A DNA stretch of 64,000 nucleotides from the NCBI RefSeq assembly GCF_000497125.1, contig NC_090598.1:434001-498000 (forward strand), given 5' to 3'. Source of the DNA: Spironucleus salmonicida. Its lineage: Eukaryota. The first letter of the stretch is position 1. The number at the start of each line of letters is the position of its first letter. The translations under genes and the position numbers were made by a program. The notes under the pieces are model-generated. The model was given only the letters and a program-made list of their open reading frames with translations. It made no database searches and was not told the origin of the DNA. Positions 36,001 to 49,800 of this stretch are shown piece by piece.

Positions 36001-39000
36001 GCTTGAATGAGATAGCTATCTATAAAAAGTTATAAACTGATACAACCCATGAATACATTGGACCTGCAGCTCTGGAAGATCTAGTTACAATCTCAACAGA
36101 TATAACAGGATTATTTAAATAATTATCTCTAAGTTTTCTAATAAGCTTATCCGTTAAAACGTGTTATAGAGGATCATATTTTAACAATTTTTGCATAAAA
36201 TCATCTTTTTTCATTAAAATTCTAATATTATTCCAGGATAGATCTTCTTAGTCCGCCTTTTCACTAATGATTAGTATAACAGCTTCCATGGCTAATCGAA
36301 TAGTAATACTGGGTTTAGCTAGAGATTTAAGCTCGTCTAACTACGGTTTATTGATTCCTTTAATATGAGCTTTTGCTTTTTCTAACGCTGGTTATACGTC
36401 TTCTAATTCTTATTTTATAGGCTCTTTTTTCAATTCAATCTCAGACTATTTTTATGAAATTTTGTCTAAAATCACATTTAAATCTTTCTATCTATTAGTA
36501 ACATTCGCTTATTTCTCAATAGTCAGTTACAGTTTTTTGTCTGCTAGTTTCTTCTTTAGCAAAATCTCATTCTACTACTCTTGTAATTAAATTTTAAGTT
36601 AATTGATTTAATTTTATGTTTCTTCTAAAATCTTTAAACCTGCATTAGTATGATTTTGTTTTTCTTATAATTTAGTTTCAAATTATGTTAACTTCATACA
36701 AAATAAATTAATAACTTGTAAAAATTAGCGAGGTGATATATAAAATTTAATATTACTTTTAATAAATAGCTATGACAATCTAATATGCAAGAGAGAAAGA
36801 ATAAATGGAACTTTTTAATGTAATGTAAGTTTAATTATAATTTTAGGAATGTTATCAATAACGGATATTTATGCTTTAATTATATCGTAGCCCAATTTTT
36901 ATTTCAATAAGAACTAAGAAACTTCAATATAACTATTAATACTCCAATCATCATCAAATAAAATTGTACATCTATTCAAAATTGCAGGGGACATTGATTA
37001 GAGATTAGATGTATAGCTGAAAATAAAGTGCAAGTTTATTTTAACACGATTTATTATATCTTAGATTATATTATCATCTGTTTTTATTGTATGTTAGCTT
37101 TGTTTTAAATATTATTCATGACCGAGCCCAATAAGGTGGGATAAACTTTCCCCTGAAAAAAGGCCATAAAAATCTCCAGAAGCTAAAATTGAGTTAGTTA
37201 GTTCCAAAAATGACAAAGATAAATTATTACTTTAGCTAAGGTAAAATACAATTTTCTGATTATAAATACCAGATTTTATAATTAAATCTTTCAAAACCTC
37301 TTCAAAATCATTTTATGAAAATTGTGAATGTGATTGCATTGTTATAACTTCCATATTAAGATTCCAAGCAACAAATTTACATGTTTCCTATTTACCATAT
37401 CCAGATTTAGATGCTATTATCAAATGACCTAATGGCTATCTAAGAACTCTATCGATTTTAAGGACTAAATTAAGATGCTAATCAGTTAAATAAATAGCCT
37501 TTAAATATGGATTTCGTAATTTAGATTCTTAATAGTATACTTTATATTGTTTTTAAATTTGCTAATAAAGAGTGGAAATAGAGTATTCCTATAACTTTCC
37601 TTAGTCAAAGTATGTATATAACTAGTTAAAGATTTCTTCTGATTACTCTGGGAAACTAGAAGAAATTATATTTTACAATTATTACTAAATTACAAGTTTA
37701 TCTTATAGTTTAACTATTTTGTCACTAAATACTCTACATCCTTCAAAATATAATATCCCTATTAACCTAGAAATTGAAATAATACTTGGAATATATAAGG
37801 ATTTAATACCTATAAACCATCTTGTAAGATCTCTAGGTGAATAAATATAATGTGAATGTAAATCTTTAGTATAGTTATCTTTAATATAATTATAAAACTA
37901 TACCATGATATTAGAAAAAATTACCTATATTTAAACTAAGCTACTATCAGTAAACAGTTAGCTTAAATATGTTTAATAAATTGTATGCAAACTTTCAGTT
38001 TGAGGATAATCACAATATATAATTGTTGTCTTAGATAGAAATCTCTAGTCTAAAATGTATCTATTAGCATCTTATGGTGGATTACATGAAGATACAAAAG
38101 TTATATTTTACAATTGATAATATTAAGAATTATAATAAAATCTATTATACTCAATAAGTAATCTTAGTAATTCGATAACTTTCTAGCAGTTGTATTAGTC
38201 CTATGATGGTAAATTTAGCTCATCTATTATAAATATAAGCTTTTTATTTGGATTTTTAGGTAATAAGAGCCAGTAGTTTTATTTTTCTATAATTTAACAC
38301 TAGGAAATTATCTTCTAAATTAACATACTTGGTGTACTAGTTTAACTAAAACTTAAAGCAAACGATTGAACTAATGCTAGTGAACGGATTGCATGCTCTA
38401 ATAACATAGATTTCCCCGAGCCTGCAGGACCACAGAATATTATAAATCTATTTGTGTAAATTAAAGAGTTAATATAATGTAAATAAGTTTAAGTATCGAT
38501 TGTTGAAATAATTTGTTATTCTTATTATTTTAGAATAAGTTTAGTTTTGTACAGATTGTTAGAAATCCAATGTTCTTAACCAATTACAGGGTATAAATAA
38601 TATGATTTAGGTAAATTTTAGCTAAACTCAAAATACTATTATAATTTTTAACAAATATATTATTTCTACTCAAACTAGGTTGAAAAAGCTACCATGATAG
38701 ACCAAACAAATTTCTCCATAACAAAATTGCTTATAATCAACATTTAATCCTCTAGTTAGTTTTTATTTTAGTAGTGATCATTCAAATCATTAAAAATAGA
38801 TTCCATAAGAGCAAAAAATGTTTATAACTATGATTAAAACTATAAATCCATTATTAAAAACTATTATTTAGCAGATTATTCAATAAAATTCTATAACAAA
38901 TTTAATTTTTATTAATAATGATTTGCTAACTTTAAAAAAACATCTATCGTAATGTTTAGAAGTCTTTAGTTTTATGTTTTAACTTATTAGTATTATTTAT

Positions 39001-42000
39001 TAGTATTTTAAATAAAATTAACGAATTAATCGTGAGAATTAGGGCTAGCTGAATACCATATTATTGCACATCTACTAATACTAGCTGGAGTAATATTTGC
39101 TAAGTCATTGCTTTCAAAAATATGATGAACATAATTTGGTATATTTATTACCTCCCCATTGGGTAATGTTAAACTCTTATTATCATCTAAAACGGAGTTT
39201 AACGACTCTATCCAATCTGAGGATAAATACGTATCAAAATAAATAAAGTGATGCTTTGGACATTAAGAATTATAGTTTTCATCTATAGCTTATCTTATTA
39301 TTTTTGTATATATTCCATCAGTCCACTCCATAGTATATTCATGTAAATACCCAAATATTTAGTCATTTGATTCAAATTATTTTACATTAATCGAGTAAAC
39401 TTAAGTGTATACTCCTTATTATTAATATTATTCAGATAGTATAATATTAAATGCTTTAATATAACAATTAAATGACGCTGTTTTTCCTGTAGCTGTTTTC
39501 CCTATAAGCATTACTCCAGAGCTAAATTATTATGCTTACTACAAATGACTAGTTTTAAGCAATATATCTTAACCATAAAGATTAAGAGTGTTCATTGAGC
39601 TTTTAATAGCTTCATTAAATTTATTGTCAATTATTGGAGAATCTTATATTTTGAATATTTTCGATATGATATTTTTGAAAGGAATAATATCATTTTACAC
39701 TAACTTTGGCTCAATAATTGAAAATGCAGCGCATAATATACATAATGTCTCTTATGCTTAATATTTATTGAATAAAATTTTTCCTGCCAACAATATTAAA
39801 GATTTAATTGCTCTTAATCCCCAGTCATAATGTATTTAGCATGATAAATCTTCTAAACATAACTCAAAGATCTCAATAATTTAATAACTTAGTTTTTAAG
39901 CTTCTTTGAATCCCAATGAACTAAGTAAAACACTAGATATTATTTAAATATCAGGTTAATCCATTATAATATTATTCATCAGACATTTTAAATTTTCAGG
40001 TAATGTATTTCTTCCTATATAATTTGGATTCATAGTGACAAAAATAGAGGAATTAGAATTCAGAATTATATTAGATCCATTAATAGTAATATTTTTCTAG
40101 TTTGAACGCTACGCGGTAATAATAAATTCTATATACCCGGCAACTGCAGACAATACATTACTCTCTAACCTATTAAACTCATCAAAACAAAGTATATAAC
40201 CGCTACCACAAATACCACATAATATACGACAAATAGCTTAAATTGAAAAACTTGAACTAGTATTAAATACTATATATGGTTACCCCAATTGAACTGCAAG
40301 TTATTTGACAGTTTCAGTTTTACCAGAACCTGCTTTACCTATTGGAGCACATCCAATTTTTTGGGACATAGCAAATGATCCGATATAGTAGGCATATGAT
40401 GTAAGTTATGTCTAAATTATTCGCTGACTTGAACCATGATAAGTAAAACCATACAATTTTATGGAATAACCAACTTAAACATATACACTTAAATAATTCT
40501 CGTTAAATTCTAATTTCTATAATTAAAATGGAGATTTAATATCATTATAATGCATTACATGTTTGAGTGTTAAAAGTTGCGTGAATTTATCATTTAATAA
40601 ATCTTAGCCGGCCGATAGTAATTGTATGTGGTATTCTAATTCTGATATTACTATTTGCTTAATAAATGGTTTTGAGAAAGTATTATGCTATGATAGTATT
40701 TATTATATTTATAATAGTTTGTCTTTTAATTATTTGTTGGTGAAAATATTATTTGACTAAGTAGAAATAAAGCCAGTGAAAACCGAAAATGCTAAGCAAA
40801 TAATTTATATGGGACTGTCTTAAATAATATTTATTAAATCATCTTTTTTAATATCGTTGAGTAGCAAAATTGATAATTTTTATAAAGAAATAAACAAATT
40901 ATATTTTAACGTTTATTAAACAGTTTTATCTAATATTGAAATTATATAATGCAAGACTAAGCTATCTGAATTTTAATTATTTATTGTAGATTGTTTAACA
41001 AACGTTTCAACAATCTCTCCTTCTCTACTTTGGAAATTAACTACCATTTGAGCCTCATTAATTTCAATAGCACTGATTCCTTAGTAAATTTTATTCCAAT
41101 GTTTATTCATATTAATATAATTTCCATTTTATGTCTATGTAATCATATCTATTAAATCTTAATCGGATATAAAAAATAATTGAGGGGTAATATAACGCTA
41201 TTTTTCCAAAAATATGTTGAGAGATTATAAAATATTTTCAAATTACTGATTGATATGCTTGAGATTACTATGTAATTAATCTGAATCTAATATATGTAGT
41301 ATATTTTTCTCGTTATTATGCTCTAACAAAATTTATAAAAATAAATCTTATGCACTAATAAAATTATCAATTGAAACATATTAACTTAAAATACTTAAAT
41401 TATTACCTATGATTGATCTAAGATATACAAAATGTTTTTACGAACTTTGCCAAATTTATGATATTTCTTATAATCGCTCTATAACACCTATCCAATACAA
41501 TATAATAGTTTAAAAATCATTGAAATAAGGATTCGATGTTAAGCCTTGAATAGTAGCCAGATCTTATTCAATCTTTACATGTAATTCATTCCAATTTAAT
41601 ATAAGACTAATATCATCCTTTGTGGAAAATTTAAAGTTAGTGTTTTCCCAAGATTCTTAAATTTCTTGTATAAACTTTTTAACAAAATACTATCCATGAG
41701 CTTTAGTTAATATTTACTCCAACACTAGTTCACCCTATTTATCTGCATTCATTATATGCGTAATAAATTATGAACAATTTAATTTCTTGGTTTTAATGTT
41801 GAGATTTTTCAATAATTCTTACCATAAATTCTCTGTCATCAGATTCTTTTCGAATAAAGGCTCTACTAATGTAAGGACTTTGATTATTGTATCGATATTC
41901 TAATATACTAATTTATATATATTAAGATCTGGACTAAGCTTATTAACGTCAGTTCTAAAGTTATCTATAATAGTAAACAAGATACTATTGTCAACATCAG

Positions 42001-45000
42001 TCAATTATTTTTTCTCTAATTTATAAATCTCAGAGTAAATCTAACTACATAATGGGAAAATTTAATTTATATAATTAAAAGATTCTTTAAAGATCTATTA
42101 GAGTTATACTTCTTCGTTCTCAAGTTTTTTATACATCACCTGATCTGTTTTATGAACAGCTTTTAGTTATGGCATTAATCTTGTAATCTTGTCAATAAAT
42201 GACTTAGTTTAATTATTTATGTCAATTGCATCTTTTGTTACTGATACAAAAGAAAAAATGTTATTAAGCTAGTCAAATATAATCAGCTTTTACCATTTAT
42301 TACTAAGATTATAAACCTCCAGAGAAATAATTTTGGCATGACCAAAAATATGGTTTTTAACACCAGATATACCATTTGATGACTCTAAAACTTTATTAAA
42401 TTAATTTTTTATCTACTTTAGCAATGCATACTGCTATAAAAGATCTGTTATTTTATCTTTAATATCAATACTTGTCAAATTTTCAAATAATTGTTCATAA
42501 AACTCTCCGGATTCCTAAATTATCTAAATAACAGAATCTGCTTTTTCTCCATTTATGAAAAGTCTCTGCACTTGTTCATTAAAAGCAGTCCCTGCTAGCA
42601 AATTCTTTATATAATTCTCATCATATTGGCTTAGTTCTGAAAGTGAGCTTTTTACAGATAATAAATGTGCTTTTAGTGTATCCTAAATACCATTAATAAT
42701 TAAGTTTTATATAGTTTGGCTAAAACTGCTAATGGAATTCTAAATATTTTCAGAAAACGACTTGTCAAATTAAATAGAAATTATACCAAAATTTGAATTT
42801 AAGTGCCCACTAATGTTTAAATTTTTACTTTAAGCTAACGCGATATACAATTCTAGTAATATCTTTTAATCATTATTGCAGTGTTATATTAATTAATTTT
42901 AAATGTTATTATCGAGTAAAATACTTGAATTTCGCTCTGAAAGCAAAAATTCTTGTAATTTTTTAACCAAATTTACTGCTTTTTTCTAGAAAACTTAGAT
43001 AATTTCACATATTTTAGCCGAAATTTCAGTCTGAGAACATTGATTTTTAAGAAAATATTCATACAAAGTTATATTTTATAAATCACATTGTATATTTGAT
43101 TAAACAACTAAATTTAAAGCAGAAAATGTCAAGTTCTGTACTAGGTTTAGTAAACTAGCTAAAAGATTCTATTCAGTTGGACAAATCTGAATTTCGCCTG
43201 AAATAACACAAATTCTAGCAACAAATTCTTATTAAACACTATTGACTAACGTATCTACTTATTTTTTGCTATATTTTTACAATATCGGTAGAAATTCCTA
43301 AAAATACTTTAATTCGACTTCAAAAATTTCATTATTTTCGTCTTCCATTTAATAGAATTTAATTAAGTAGCAGAAACTAAAATAAAGCCTTATCATTAGA
43401 AACTCCTAAAAAGTCTAATTAAGAAATTTGATTGATTGATCCTGGTTCTTCTAAAAAATTTAACAGACTAAGTCAGTTGATTAGTCATAAATACTTTAAA
43501 TTTTGCTGCTTTCACATGAAAAAAGCTATAAAACATGTTAATCTAGTAACTTAATATGTGACTGCATGGAAGAAAAACTATGCTAAAAATACTAGATATG
43601 TGCTTATAAACTCTGCAACTTGGCAATAATTTTGCTTGATACAATACTAAAATTAACTAAATTACCATCTAAAATAAAATTGCAGGTGTCCACTTGATTA
43701 AAATCTAGAAAAATTTTGTGGAAGGGTAGGAATGTTGTTGATTATGTGATTTCCGTATAATACAAAATTTAAATTTCATTTCCATTTGCTACTCCACCAT
43801 ATGGAACTAATAAAAGCAACTTGAAAATCTAATTCACGATATCTAGAAGGGGAGAGAGGAACTCAATTTTACCTTTAAAAGTTAGCTTTTATAATTAAAA
43901 GTCTGCAATTTACTGTTTTAGCTAACTGTACAAAACATTAAAATTATTAATTAAACTTGATGTTTTGGTTACTTAAAAGTATATTTCCTATATAATTTTG
44001 ACGCTAAAAGGTAAGTTAAAATCGCTTAATTAACCAGTTATAAGACCTTTAACAATATTATGCTTCATAAATATACAGCATTCAAAGTATTCTTATACTA
44101 TTTTACAATTTGCAAATATAATTTGGCTTTTAAGTCCTTTTTAATAAATATTCTAGTCTAGCACAAAGTCTTTTAACTAACCAGTAAAAAATAGTTTAAA
44201 TGCTCGTTCTGCGCTACAATAATGACTATTCATAAGCATTACATACTCCATTAATTGAGTGTCGTTTGTTTATTCTTTAACAAGTTTTTATAGCAAATTC
44301 ATACGGTCTTGAGACGTAATACAAAATTATAGAAAATCAATTATTCTGGCTTTGAACATGCCATTAAATGCAAGTAACTTATCTGGTTTTTTATAATATT
44401 TTAATAGTTAAATTAGTTCATTTGAATTATTCTAATGCTCAATATACGTTGTTGTTATATCAACTTCAACACGACCTCTAAAAAGACTAATTTTTTTTGC
44501 TATTTCTCCCATTTTTTACTTGAAAATTAATTATAAATCGGGTCTTCGAATTGTCAGATTCTAGAGTTTCACAAGTTTTTAATAGTTAGAAATCAAGTCT
44601 ATTTCATTTGTTTGAAGTCTCTATATCACTTATTTATCAAAATTTTAAAGCACTGTTATAACATTTTTTTATTAAAAAAATTGATTTACAACAATATTTT
44701 TCTATGAGATGAGCTGACATGAACATCCAGCGATTTCTAAAAACTGGGTTTTAACTATTTCAAATTAGCTGATTAATTATTCAAACTCTGAGATTTAAAT
44801 ATCGTTTTCAGCAGCTGCTTATAGTAGCAATTTTGCTGCGTCAAAATCACCAAAAACTTTCTAAATTGCTTATCCTGCACTATTTATGGCAAGCAAATTT
44901 TCACAAACATGAATCTGATTTAAAATAGGCTTTTCAGTCTTTTAAATCGAAAAATCTTCAAAAAATTAATATACTAAATTCATATAAAATGCTATAAAAA

Positions 45001-45712
45001 TTTAGTGCTAAAGTTTATGTGGGAAATTTAATTATTAAAGAATCTTAAAAAGTTCTTATGCATGCTTATTTTAAATTGCAAATACTACATTTTCAAAGAG
45101 CTAAAAATTGTAAATCTCCATCATAAGAATTTCTTGGGCAGTAACTTGAGTTTTCTGAACTTTTGAGTTCAATACAATTGATTTAAGTAGTGCCTTACCA
45201 TTTTTAAAAACTGTTCCAGCACGTTACCAACTTTAACATAAACTAGATAACTACTAGGTATAAATATGAATCGCCCCTTTTGAAAATTATATTAAATTTT
45301 AATTTTCGACACATATTATACCAATATCAATATTCTATAATTTACTAATCTTAAATTTATAGTCATCAAGATTTTCGAAAGTCAAATCATCGAAAAATGG
45401 AGTTAAAAAATTACTATTCTGGAGGTCTTAAGATGCTTTATTTAAAAGCTAAAAATGTGGGGAAACTTATGAAATTTACTTCAAAATTAATGCCAAATTC
45501 TATAGTTTTGTAGGCAAAACAAAGTAACAATCGGAGTGGACGAGTGCAAAATCAAGAGATTTTTAGAGCGAAAATTCGAATGGCTATTGGCAGAAAAAGA
45601 GTGGCGAGCTGGTTGAAGAATTTATATATACATCAAAAATCGAAGAAGCTAAAATAGTTGCAATATGATGCTCTGGTAGATATGGAGATAAAGCCGTGGT
45701 AATTTTGTCCAT
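33083..45712 (-). CDS. DYNC1H1: Cytoplasmic dynein-1 heavy chain, divergent (~4209 aa)
   Basis: AAA1 GKAGSGKTETVK, FDEFNRLE..VLSAV and MNPNYIGR (no dynein-2 AGK insert); AAA3 GPAGSGKS and DELNLP; YSPRDLTRWFIGI; AAA4 KIDRVLRQPLGHL..KFVAW. These are dynein-1-type signatures. C-terminus FIVQGACGVLE, GAG-TGA. Start, AAA motifs and stop are in one frame. Confidence 0.85.
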
Positions 45713-45870
45713 TTGTGGAAGGGATAGCAATTTAGCATAAATTAAGATATAATAAGTATGTATAAAAATAATTCTATTTTTAACATTTAAAAGCAAAAAT
45801 ATTTTAAAATCATTATTATATGTAATTATATACAAATCTACTTTTTTTAATTTACATTCCTTAAATTGAA

Positions 45871-46227
45871 ATGCCCCCTCATAAAGCCCAAACACTTGAC
45901 GCCGATTTAAGCAAATTCTAGGACTCCAGAACTGTAAGAGTAGGCTAGAAATCATTCCCAAAGAACAACAACGCTCAGAAGTAGCCTGCTGCTGGTCTTA
46001 TCGTAGATACGACTGATGACATGGTTTTCGGTACTAAGATCAAGGACAATAAGCTTGGCCAGAACTTTGCCCGCGTTCGTGGCGAGGCTGGGATTTCCAG
46101 GAAGGATCTGGCACTCAAAATCGCGTCGAACGAGAAAATCATCGCAAACTGGGAAAACGGCAGCTCCGATATCCCCAAGGCCATGATCTCCAGGCTCGAG
46201 GCGATTGTCGGAAAGTTCACCCAGTGA
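45871..46227 (+). CDS. MBF1: MBF1/EDF1 helix-turn-helix protein (118 aa)
   Basis: LGQNFARVRGEAGISRKDLALKIASNEKIIANWENG...ISRLEAIVG is an Xre-type HTH with an MBF1-like N-terminus. Confidence 0.85.
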
Positions 46228-46252
46228 GATAGTCTGCTGAAATTTTAATTTT

Positions 46253-46645
46253 TCACTCCTTTTTTTGAATTGCCTGTCCGAGCCGCTTCTCGATGAACTT
46301 CTCGGAGAAACCGCCAAAGTCGGGCCGCCGCCAGTGCTCGGCAGCGATGCCCTGGCAGTGGTGGTTTTAGACGGTCTGGACCTGGAACTCACGCCGCGCG
46401 TGTTTGCGCAGCTTCTGCAGCTTCGACTGCAGCTACGTCCGCGAGAACGCCGGAAAGTACCTTTTTAGCTTCGTGCCGGTTGCGTTTTTGATGCCAATCA
46501 GCGCCACTGCGAGCTCGAAGCGGACCAGTTCTCCGGGGCTCAGCAGCTGCTGCTGCAAGAGCGTGGGGAAGGCGTTGGAGGCAGCAGCTTTGGGGGACGT
46601 CGGATTGGAGTTGTAAGCCGGAAACTTAAATGCGAATTGTGCCAT
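46253..46645 (-). CDS. Small GARP/SHAQKYF-type Myb-like DNA-binding protein (130 aa)
   Basis: LSPGELVRFELAVALIGIKNATGTKL...SRTQLQSKLQKLR resembles GARP WT.EL..RF..AV..LG...ATP.....R..V.SHLQKYR; ends GAG-TGA. Confidence 0.7.
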
Positions 46646-46853
46646 TTTTGAAAAAATGGGTTCGCAGGAGCGGATGATTAGTGGGTAGAATTTAGCTTAT
46701 TTGCAAAGTGAACTGGGTGTAGGTGGTGTGTGTTAGTTATTGCGATATAAAGTTGAATGTAGTAAATTTGAGAATAAAGCATTGTTATATCAGTTTGAGT
46801 AAAATGTAAGTATGGTGATATAAGGAAGCAAAGTAAAAAATACAAATAACATC

Positions 46854-49800
46854 TCAGTACGGATCTTAGATAAATGCGGCTGCGCCTCTCTAAATCCACC
46901 AATTACCTTCTTTCTTACTAGGTAAGTTCATATTCATGACGTAATTAGACGACAGCCCAGTCGTCGTAAGAACACCAAATCTATTGGTGGTTGTATAAAG
47001 TGGCATAGCATACTTGCCTGTATTATCGATTTAAAGAACCGGTCTGAACCATATTGCTGGCATATCAGTTAAAATTTTACCGAAATCTGATTCGTCTATA
47101 TGTTCGTTTTTGAAGTTCCACTAACATCCTTCAGATTTCAGTCCAGTCAAGAGAACTCCGTCAAATAGCGTTTACTCAATAGTATTGACCTATTCATCAG
47201 TATTTACAGCATTGGTCTAGAAGCTTAATCTGTCAATGGAAAGGGCGTAGACTCTAGCATGATGTTACAAAATACCCGTAAAGAAACCGTGTGGGAAGTG
47301 GAAAGCTCCTAACCAAAATTGAGTTGGGATATAGCCATCTAATTGCCCTAAAATTAGATATTGTACATCTTTATTTTAACAAAATTCATTCAACTATCTC
47401 TGAGGTTACTCTTCACTAGGGCACATATTAGCCCAGTTTCTAAAGAACTCTACTCTCTTTACCAGGTCTGTGACGTAACTAGATAGATTCTTCAGGGTTG
47501 GGAACGATGCTGCTTTAACAACATTAGGTAACTTGTTGCCAAGGATACCTTAGTAAATTTCGTCTAGCTCAGACGACATAATAGCTAAACCTTTAACAGC
47601 AAGCTAAACATCTGCAAATAATTATCTAATAATCTTTAAGAGCTTGTTGTATCTAGCACACTCTTATCTGAGCACAGAACTCAAAGGAGAAGGCATATAA
47701 TTTCCGTTCTACAATTTAATTTTCAAAGGCATCTTAACACTATTAATATCGAGGTCTGCTGGAATTTTTTGTAAAATTTCCTCTGCGCCAATTAATACCT
47801 TTTAGTCAATTTTTGCAACAGTTGTACCTTCCCCGACAGAATCGGTTGGCATCATTGACAAAATAGATTCAATAATGTTATTAGACTCTGTTTACTAATA
47901 AGTTAACTCAGCATTATCATTAAGACCAAATAACGATGGTTTTTCAACAATTGGGAAGTTCTTTTAAATATATTCCATAACTTATTTATAGTCTAATGAG
48001 AAGTCAGGAGCGGTATAATCCTAGTTTTCAACACACATTTAGCGTTTCTCGTCAAATAACTTCGTGTTAAGCAGGGAAGACATGATTGTGTCAACGCAAC
48101 GTGTATCCAAAGCATCAGAAATTCTACCTCCAAATGCAACATTACCAATCATGTAACATAGTGGTTTATACGGAACATTCTCAACCATTTATGTAATTGA
48201 CGGTGTTTAACCAGCGAATTTAACAGCAAAAGAGTCAACTAAATATTGATATATAAATTTCTACGAAATTTAAATATCTTGAATTGTAAAATCATATTTA
48301 GAGTTGTAACAAACCGGACCGAAACGTCTTCTTTCTAACAACGATGAATAAAAGAAGCTTAGGCAGAATAATGATCTCTTCCATAAATTAATTAATTTAG
48401 GTTCATCTGGCATCTCGTTATGATAATTTTCAGCCATAACCTAATATGACATCAAAATATTCTATTTAACACCTCTAGGAGGTTCATTTGAAATTTTGAT
48501 AGATTGTGCGAGAACAGAAGAAGGGAAAATTCTTGATGGCATGGAAGTCATAATTAAGCGGAAATCAGCACTAAGTGTTCCAGATGTATTCATATCTTGC
48601 AATTTTTCGACATGTTTTTATAATTATGGCATCCAAGATTCGCAAAGATGACAATTTTACAAGCAAACCCATTCCCCATTTTCAATAGCCCTTTCCAGTA
48701 AACCGTCAGCTATAACACCTTAACCTTAACCCAAGGCTAAGGTGAAAAATTTGTGTGTTTTTTCTTACGAGTGAACATATTATTATAACATAAGCATCGG
48801 ATCTGAGCCTGCAGATAACACAAAGATTAATGGCACAATTGATGAACAGTCGGAGAAGGCATCTGCCATGTTGAAATTAGGAGGAGAAACATATAGTTCA
48901 TCCTACATCACGCTTCTTGTATAAATTGGCAAATAAAATAGAAGTCTTATAGGATTTATTATCTTTAAAAAGTTGAGCTTCTAGAATGGTGACATTTCGT
49001 TGTATAACGTAGCAATTTCTATGTCTGCAAATTAGAAAGTAGGGTATGATTCGATAGTTTCATATTTACAGAATTCTTTAAATACCTCTGCTTTCTTTTA
49101 CAATATTTCAAGCACTTTCTCACTAATTCCTGCTGTATTAGTAAAAACTACAAGTCGATTGATTTGTTTTAAGGATAAAGCATCAGATAATTTATCATAA
49201 AATTCTTCATCAACATCAGAATTCTTAACTTCTTTAACTAAGGTGTCATTTGTGAATATTTCCCATTATTTAGATGAAAGCTCTGAATTTTATCTTTAAA
49301 TACCTGAGGCAATCATAAATGCAAAAACAGGTTTATGTCTTTCAAATATACCTCTGCATACTGCAATAAAGCATGTCTCAGTAACTGATTTGATCATCTC
49401 ATATACTTTATTATTAGATTATGGCACCGCTTATAACGTTTTAGTAAACAGGTTTTTGAAGAAATCAATTGAATAAGTATACATAGGATCTAAAGTAGAT
49501 AAACCGGCAATTGCTTCATAAAGTATTCTTCCACGAATTGCTACTTCTCTATAAAGTTCACGTTTTTAATTAGATATCTTTGTACTTTCTTCACACTCGC
49601 CAATAGTAACAACAATTCTTTCAGTAACCTCTTTAGACTATTATAAAGCATTAATAAGGTTAGAATCATCTAGAATATTACCTGTAGAGTTAGCTAACAT
49701 TTCTAATACAGTATCTTATTGCTTTTACTATTCATCTTTGGCATCTGCTAATTTACCAGCGGCCTCATCACGCGATAATTCAGATTGTGGATCTTCTACT

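Noticed and set aside
38752-38762. AACTAACTAG on the - strand inside dynein-1, resembling a branch point/3' splice site (trans-splicing candidate)
   Set aside because: The reading frame and motor domains are continuous across it, and no partner 5' site is needed.
46725-46740. ACTAACACAC upstream of the Myb gene, similar to the Giardia branch point
   Set aside because: No AG follows at the expected spacing; better explained as C-rich promoter sequence.
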